Assembly (NCBI GenBank): GCA_965207475.1
Contig: OZ242278.1
Span: 264,320-328,319, forward strand
Source: Gammaproteobacteria bacterium
GTDB lineage: Bacteria > Pseudomonadota > Gammaproteobacteria > UBA4575
DNA length: 64,000 nt
Reading direction: 5' to 3'
In this document: positions 59,882 to 64,000 of the stretch, piece by piece
Layout of the letters: the number at the start of each line of letters is the position of its first letter
Numbering within the stretch: position 1 is the stretch's first letter
Notes under the pieces: model-generated
The model's input: the letters and a program-made list of their open reading frames with translations, nothing else
The model's database searches: none
Told to the model about the DNA's origin: nothing
Position numbers and translations under genes: made by a program

Positions 59882-62461
59882 TCAGAACTGGTATTCCAGA
59901 GTTGCGTAGTAAAACCCGCCGTTGAAACCGAAGGGTGCTGCGCGCCTGGAGTAAGTAAATACTCCATCTGATGAGACAACCGTATTGCCCTCTGCATCCA
60001 CGATTGTGCCGGCTCGCGAACGACTGATCTTGTCCTTGTCCGGCTCATTATCGAAAAGGTTATCGGCACCCACCTTGATAGTCATGCCCGGACCCACCTC
60101 GTAGCTCATTTGCACATCTGTGATTAGCTCCGAATCATAAGACTGTTTCTTGAATTTTCCCCCGACTTCTTCCGCGATCCTGTAGTTCCCGTACCGCTGT
60201 ACGGAAGCTGAAGCGGAGAACTTTCCCAGCCTGTAAAGCGCCGTCAGGGCCGCCCGGTTCTTGGGCTGCCAGTCTTCAATGATCGACCGGTCCAGGTCAG
60301 TGAACAGTGATGCCGGCAGACCAGCTGGCAGGTTGACAGAATCGATTTCAGTGTCCGTCCAGGATCCGAGAAGCTGCAGGGTAAGGTCACCTCGAATTTC
60401 GTAAGGTACATCCCAGGTGATTACGATATCGGCTCCCTCGGTCACCGTGTCCACACCGTTCATGAAGAACTGCGCCCTGCTGACCCCTTCCCGCTTCAGC
60501 GATTCAATGATCGAGTCAGAAAGCTCGCTGGACTGACCTGCACCAGGCACTGTCAACTGCCCGCTGACAATGATTCGGTCATCGACCTCAATTCTGTACA
60601 GGTCTGCGGTAAGCGCCAGGGAAGGAGACGGCTGGAAGACAAAGCCTCCGCTGAAGTTGATGGATTCCTCTTCATCCAGTTCCGGGATACCGATTGCCTT
60701 GGCAAGCGGTCCGTCGTTGCGGAATGTTCCTACCTGGAATCCCTGGCCGCCCCGGAACTGTGTGCTGATATTGTTGAAGTAGATCTGCTGCATGGAAGGT
60801 GCGCGGAATCCTGAACTGACCGATGCGCGGAAGGAAAGCGTTTCATTCAGGTCCAGCTTGGACGCAATCTTGCCGTTCAGGGTATCGCCAAAGTCGCTGT
60901 AATCCTCGTAGCGCAATCCCAGTCCCAGCTGAAGCTTGTCATTCACCTGGATATCGGTGTCTACATAAAAGGATTCTGCATGCCTGGTTTCGCTGACTTC
61001 GTTGCCCGGCTGGAATCCCGGGAAGACCTGTATGCCGCCATCTCCTCCACCTTCACCGTCATAATCCGCATAGGAATACAGCTCTCCCGCATCGATTTCA
61101 TAACGGTCACGCCTGTACTCGGCTCCCCATGCGATGTCGGCACGCTTGTACGGGATTGTGAAATCAAGGTTCACAGTAGTCAGGTCCAGGCCCAGTTCGC
61201 CCGAGTCTGCACTTGTCTGGGTCGCTCCAGTAAATTCGGTACCAGGAAATGCCGGGTAGGTACCCCCCGGATTCAGCATCCTGTTTACCCAGGAAGCGTT
61301 TTGCGAGTTTCGTATATCGAACTCGAAGGTGTTGCCTCCATGCACAATGCTGAAATCAACCGTCAGCCCGTTTTCAAACTCGCGGCGGATTCCTGCGCCC
61401 ATGGAATAATCCTGTACAGTCGTATCGATCAGGGGCAAAAATCCGTCAGGATAAATTGAACCAACCGGATTCCGGTTCCCCTGGTTTGCGCGCCTGTAAA
61501 ATCCGCCACTCAGGTTGGTGGAGCGCGAATAATTCGCGAATCCATACAGCTCTCCCCAGTCATCCATAATTGGCTGAACGAGGTTCAGGGAACTGACAAA
61601 ATGCTCCTGTTCGGCATCCCCGATTCTGAAGTTGCGACGTTCAAAATCACGCTCCTTGTTGCCCGGGTCCTCTTTGATCGTCTGGACTCCCTCAACAAAT
61701 GTGCAGTCAGTGTCGCCAGCGGCACAGAGCACCGTGTCCGGGTACTGGATCTGGGCAGACTTTCCGGCGCGGTTGGTTCGGTCACGCTCGTTGTATTCGA
61801 GGGCCAGGTGCACTACACCATCATTGCCCAGGGCAAACCCCTTGTTGACACCAACCGAACGGCGTTCACCATCACCATGGAAAGTGGACCCGTACAATCC
61901 CCGCAGCGTGCCCTCGTAATCCTCCTTGAGAACGATATTGATGACCCCTGCCACGGCGTCCGAACCGTACTGCGCCGAAGCTCCATCCCTCAAAACCTCG
62001 ACTCTTTCAATGGCATGTATCGGAATGGCATTCATGTCCGTGCCCGCCGTGCCCCGACCCACCGAAGTATTGACGTGAATCAACGCACTTCCATGCCGCC
62101 TCTTGCCGTTGACCAGCACCAGTACCTGGTCGGGACCCATGCCACGCAATGTGGCGGGACGCACCGAATCCGTACCGTCGCTGATTGTCGAGCTGGAAAA
62201 ATTGAATGAAGGGATAAGGGCCTGGATGGCACGTCCCAGTTCGCTCTGTCCGGTCCGAACCAGTTCTTCTCCACTCACCACGTCGACAGGAACCGGCGAG
62301 TCAGCAACACTGCGCTCACCGAACCGGCTGCCTACCACGACGATTTCACCCAGCTCGACCACCTCCTGGCCAGAGACGGTCAAGGAAGCCAGCATGAGCA
62401 GTGATGCCACGGTGCCCTGCATCCAGTGACCGGTTGTAAAACAGTTCTTTTCGATTTTCAT
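59882..62461 (-). CDS. TonB-dependent outer-membrane receptor
   Basis: Has an N-terminal plug with a TonB box region (EIVVVGSRF), a roughly 22-strand barrel length, and a C-terminal aromatic residue (...YATLEYQF). The start is ambiguous: ATG 62461 or 62473, or TTG 62497. Confidence 0.8.
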   Translation of the reverse strand: MKIEKNCFTTGHWMQGTVASLLMLASLTVSGQEVVELGEIVVVGSRFGERSVADSPVPVDVVSGEELVRTGQSELGRAIQALIPSFNFSSSTISDGTDSVRPATLRGMGPDQVLVLVNGKRRHGSALIHVNTSVGRGTAGTDMNAIPIHAIERVEVLRDGASAQYGSDAVAGVINIVLKEDYEGTLRGLYGSTFHGDGERRSVGVNKGFALGNDGVVHLALEYNERDRTNRAGKSAQIQYPDTVLCAAGDTDCTFVEGVQTIKEDPGNKERDFERRNFRIGDAEQEHFVSSLNLVQPIMDDWGELYGFANYSRSTNLSGGFYRRANQGNRNPVGSIYPDGFLPLIDTTVQDYSMGAGIRREFENGLTVDFSIVHGGNTFEFDIRNSQNASWVNRMLNPGGTYPAFPGTEFTGATQTSADSGELGLDLTTVNLDFTIPYKRADIAWGAEYRRDRYEIDAGELYSYADYDGEGGGDGGIQVFPGFQPGNEVSETRHAESFYVDTDIQVNDKLQLGLGLRYEDYSDFGDTLNGKIASKLDLNETLSFRASVSSGFRAPSMQQIYFNNISTQFRGGQGFQVGTFRNDGPLAKAIGIPELDEEESINFSGGFVFQPSPSLALTADLYRIEVDDRIIVSGQLTVPGAGQSSELSDSIIESLKREGVSRAQFFMNGVDTVTEGADIVITWDVPYEIRGDLTLQLLGSWTDTEIDSVNLPAGLPASLFTDLDRSIIEDWQPKNRAALTALYRLGKFSASASVQRYGNYRIAEEVGGKFKKQSYDSELITDVQMSYEVGPGMTIKVGADNLFDNEPDKDKISRSRAGTIVDAEGNTVVSSDGVFTYSRRAAPFGFNGGFYYATLEYQF

Positions 62462-62599
62462 GGTATCTTTCATTATAGTGTTCACCAATATATTCAATAA
62501 CGCGTGTCCGAGCCCTATTTGACTCGAAGACCTATCAACGCCGGGTTGGATCTGTCACACAGGTGAGTCTTAGCAGTGTGTTCTTGATTCTGCATAAAT

Positions 62600-63010
62600 A
62601 TGCTGGATTTTTTCCTTGAATTCAAATTTGTTTTCACTGCACTGGCCTGGGGCTCCCTGGCCTTGTTCATTACCAGCATTGCCATCATGCCCTGGCTGAT
62701 CACGAAAATTCCTGCAGACTACTTCTGCATGCAGCGGCGTACGCCTGCCAGGCTCAACAGCCGTCCCTTGCCTTCGCGGGTACTGGCCTACGCAAGGAAT
62801 GTTTTCGGCTGTACCCTTGTGGTACTGGGGATTGTCATGCTGCTTTTGCCGGGACAGGGCATCCTTACGATTCTGGCAGGCCTGTTCCTGATGAATTTTC
62901 CGGGCAAATACGAGCTCGAGTGCAAGCTGGTCGCCATGCCCAAGGTACTGAACTCGCTGAACTGGATTCGGGAAAAAGCCAGAAAGCCACCCCTGATCAC
63001 GAACCCGTGA
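62600..63010 (+). CDS. Small membrane protein, PGPGW-type
   Basis: 136 aa with two TM hairpins, and LLLPGQGILT resembles the PGPGW transmembrane motif. Confidence 0.45.
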   Translation: MLDFFLEFKFVFTALAWGSLALFITSIAIMPWLITKIPADYFCMQRRTPARLNSRPLPSRVLAYARNVFGCTLVVLGIVMLLLPGQGILTILAGLFLMNFPGKYELECKLVAMPKVLNSLNWIREKARKPPLITNP

Positions 63011-63130
63011 TGAATCAGGGCTGCATCTTTCCGGCGCAATGCATTATCTGCTAAAGTCGCAATACGGCATGGGTGCGAGCTTTCTGCACATGAGGTGGCT
63101 GAGCATGTTTCGCACCGCCGGCAGCTGACG

Positions 63131-63472
63131 ATGAGCGACACGATCTTCACCAAAATCATCAACAAGGAAATCCCTGCCGACATTGTCTATGAAGACGATT
63201 CCTGCATCGCGTTTCACGATGTCAACCCCCAGGCGCCTACCCACATTCTCGTCATTCCAAAAATACAGATCGCCAGGCTTGCAGAAGCTGGTGAAGAAGA
63301 CCAGGCACTGCTGGGCCACCTGATGCTGAAAACCAGGGAAATCGCAAAAAACCTGGGCTTCGAAGATGCCTTCAGGGTGGTCATCAACAACGGTGAAGGG
63401 GCCGGACAAACTGTCTTCCACCTGCATATCCATTTGCTGGCGGGCAGGCCTTTCAGCTGGCCGCCGGGCTAG
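63131..63472 (+). CDS. HIT-family (histidine triad, HinT-like) nucleotide hydrolase
   Basis: Start taken at MSDTIFTKII. The histidine triad HLHIHLL is near the C-terminus, and ...CIAFHDVNPQAPTHILVIP is typical of HinT. Confidence 0.8.
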   Translation: MSDTIFTKIINKEIPADIVYEDDSCIAFHDVNPQAPTHILVIPKIQIARLAEAGEEDQALLGHLMLKTREIAKNLGFEDAFRVVINNGEGAGQTVFHLHIHLLAGRPFSWPPG

Positions 63473-63475
63473 GCC

Positions 63476-64000
63476 TCACCTGGCCAGCAATTGCTTGCGT
63501 GCCTTCACCAGGTGTTTACCCATGCTCTCGTCAACTGCAGGATACTCCAGATTCAGGCTTTGCAGGGTGTCCCGGATAACCCCGGCCACACAGTAACGCA
63601 TAAACGGCTTGTTATCTGCAGGAACCACGTACCAGGGCGCCCAAGGTCTGGAGGTCTTGTTTACCATTTCCTCGTAGGCAGTCATGTAATCCTGCCAGAA
63701 TTCCCGTTCCTGCAGGTCTGAAAAAGACCATTTCCAGTGTTTGTCCTTTCTGTTGATCCTGCGTAAAAGCCGGTTTTTCTGCTCTGTTTTCGACACGTTC
63801 AGCCAGAACTTCAGGATTACAGTGCCGTTCAGTGCCAGGTGCTTCTCCATATTGCAGATGGATTCAAACCGTTCCTGCCACAGTGCGTCCAGATTGTCAT
63901 GGGGCGGCAGATTCTGGTGAGCCAGCAATTCAGGATGGACGCGAACGACCAGCACTTCTTCGTAGTAACTTCGATTGAAGATTCCGATATACCCTCTTTC
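63476..64000 (-). CDS. Polyphosphate kinase 2 (PPK2) family protein, C-terminal part (N-terminus beyond window end)
   Basis: ...KFWLNVSKTEQKNRLLRR...WAPWYVVPADNKP matches the PPK2 C-terminal lid region. The Walker A part would lie upstream, outside the window. Confidence 0.6.
   Translation of the reverse strand, partial: ERGYIGIFNRSYYEEVLVVRVHPELLAHQNLPPHDNLDALWQERFESICNMEKHLALNGTVILKFWLNVSKTEQKNRLLRRINRKDKHWKWSFSDLQEREFWQDYMTAYEEMVNKTSRPWAPWYVVPADNKPFMRYCVAGVIRDTLQSLNLEYPAVDESMGKHLVKARKQLLAR

Overview
This 64 kb window appears to come from a gammaproteobacterial-type sulfur oxidiser at roughly 50% GC (by eye), with several higher-GC acquired blocks. No database search or computation was possible here, so all calls rest on motifs read directly from the six-frame track and the DNA. 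The window breaks into nine regions, listed below in order.

- **1–13.1 kb: sulfur-oxidation locus.** It holds a GcvT-family aminomethyltransferase, a class-I glutamine amidotransferase, SoxY/SoxZ, a YeeE/YedE (TsuA-like) thiosulfate-uptake protein, a NapC/NirT-type tetrahaem cytochrome, flavocytochrome-c sulfide dehydrogenase FccAB, a CxxCH haem protein, an Rrf2/NsrR-like regulator and a DsrE-like protein. Interleaved with these are three secreted proteins that are extraordinarily methionine-rich with (M/F)NPxxY and MMNP repeats. One of them (6441–7121) carries a CxxCH haem motif and another (7161–8258) is fused to a DUF302-like domain. I do not recognise this family and consider it the most novel thing in the window.
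- **13.2–21.6 kb: genomic island of about 8.5 kb inserted between tRNA-Glu(UUC) and tRNA-Ala(GGC).** It carries a P4-type tyrosine integrase, an AlpA regulator, a type IV Mrr endonuclease immediately followed by an MmeI-family fused endonuclease/methyltransferase, a low-GC orphan ORF, and a GC-rich segment of about 0.8 kb with a long hairpin but no credible ORF.
- **21.7–34.5 kb: conserved housekeeping block.** gltX, pgpA, thiL, nusB, ribH, ribE, ribD, nrdR, glyA, an HDAC-family enzyme and purL.
- **34.6–35.0 kb: tmRNA (ssrA)**, recognised by its ANDDNYALAA tag reading frame.
- **35–43 kb: compositionally mosaic, high-GC block downstream of ssrA.** SulP transporter, substrate-binding protein, a TPR gene interrupted by an in-frame amber stop, a secreted SNase-like nuclease and a BASS transporter, plus gene debris.
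- **44.4–46.2 kb:** a DUF1295 membrane protein and a phosphoribosyltransferase.
- **46.5–52.7 kb:** an AddB–AddA helicase-nuclease pair.
- **53–62.5 kb: iron module and an unusual large enzyme.** bfr/bfd and exbB-exbD-exbD-tonB with a convergent TonB-dependent receptor, plus a 1111-aa RecB/Cas4-like nuclease + helix-hairpin-helix + SF1 helicase protein.
- **62.6–64 kb:** a PGPGW membrane protein, a HIT-family protein and a partial PPK2 at the window edge.
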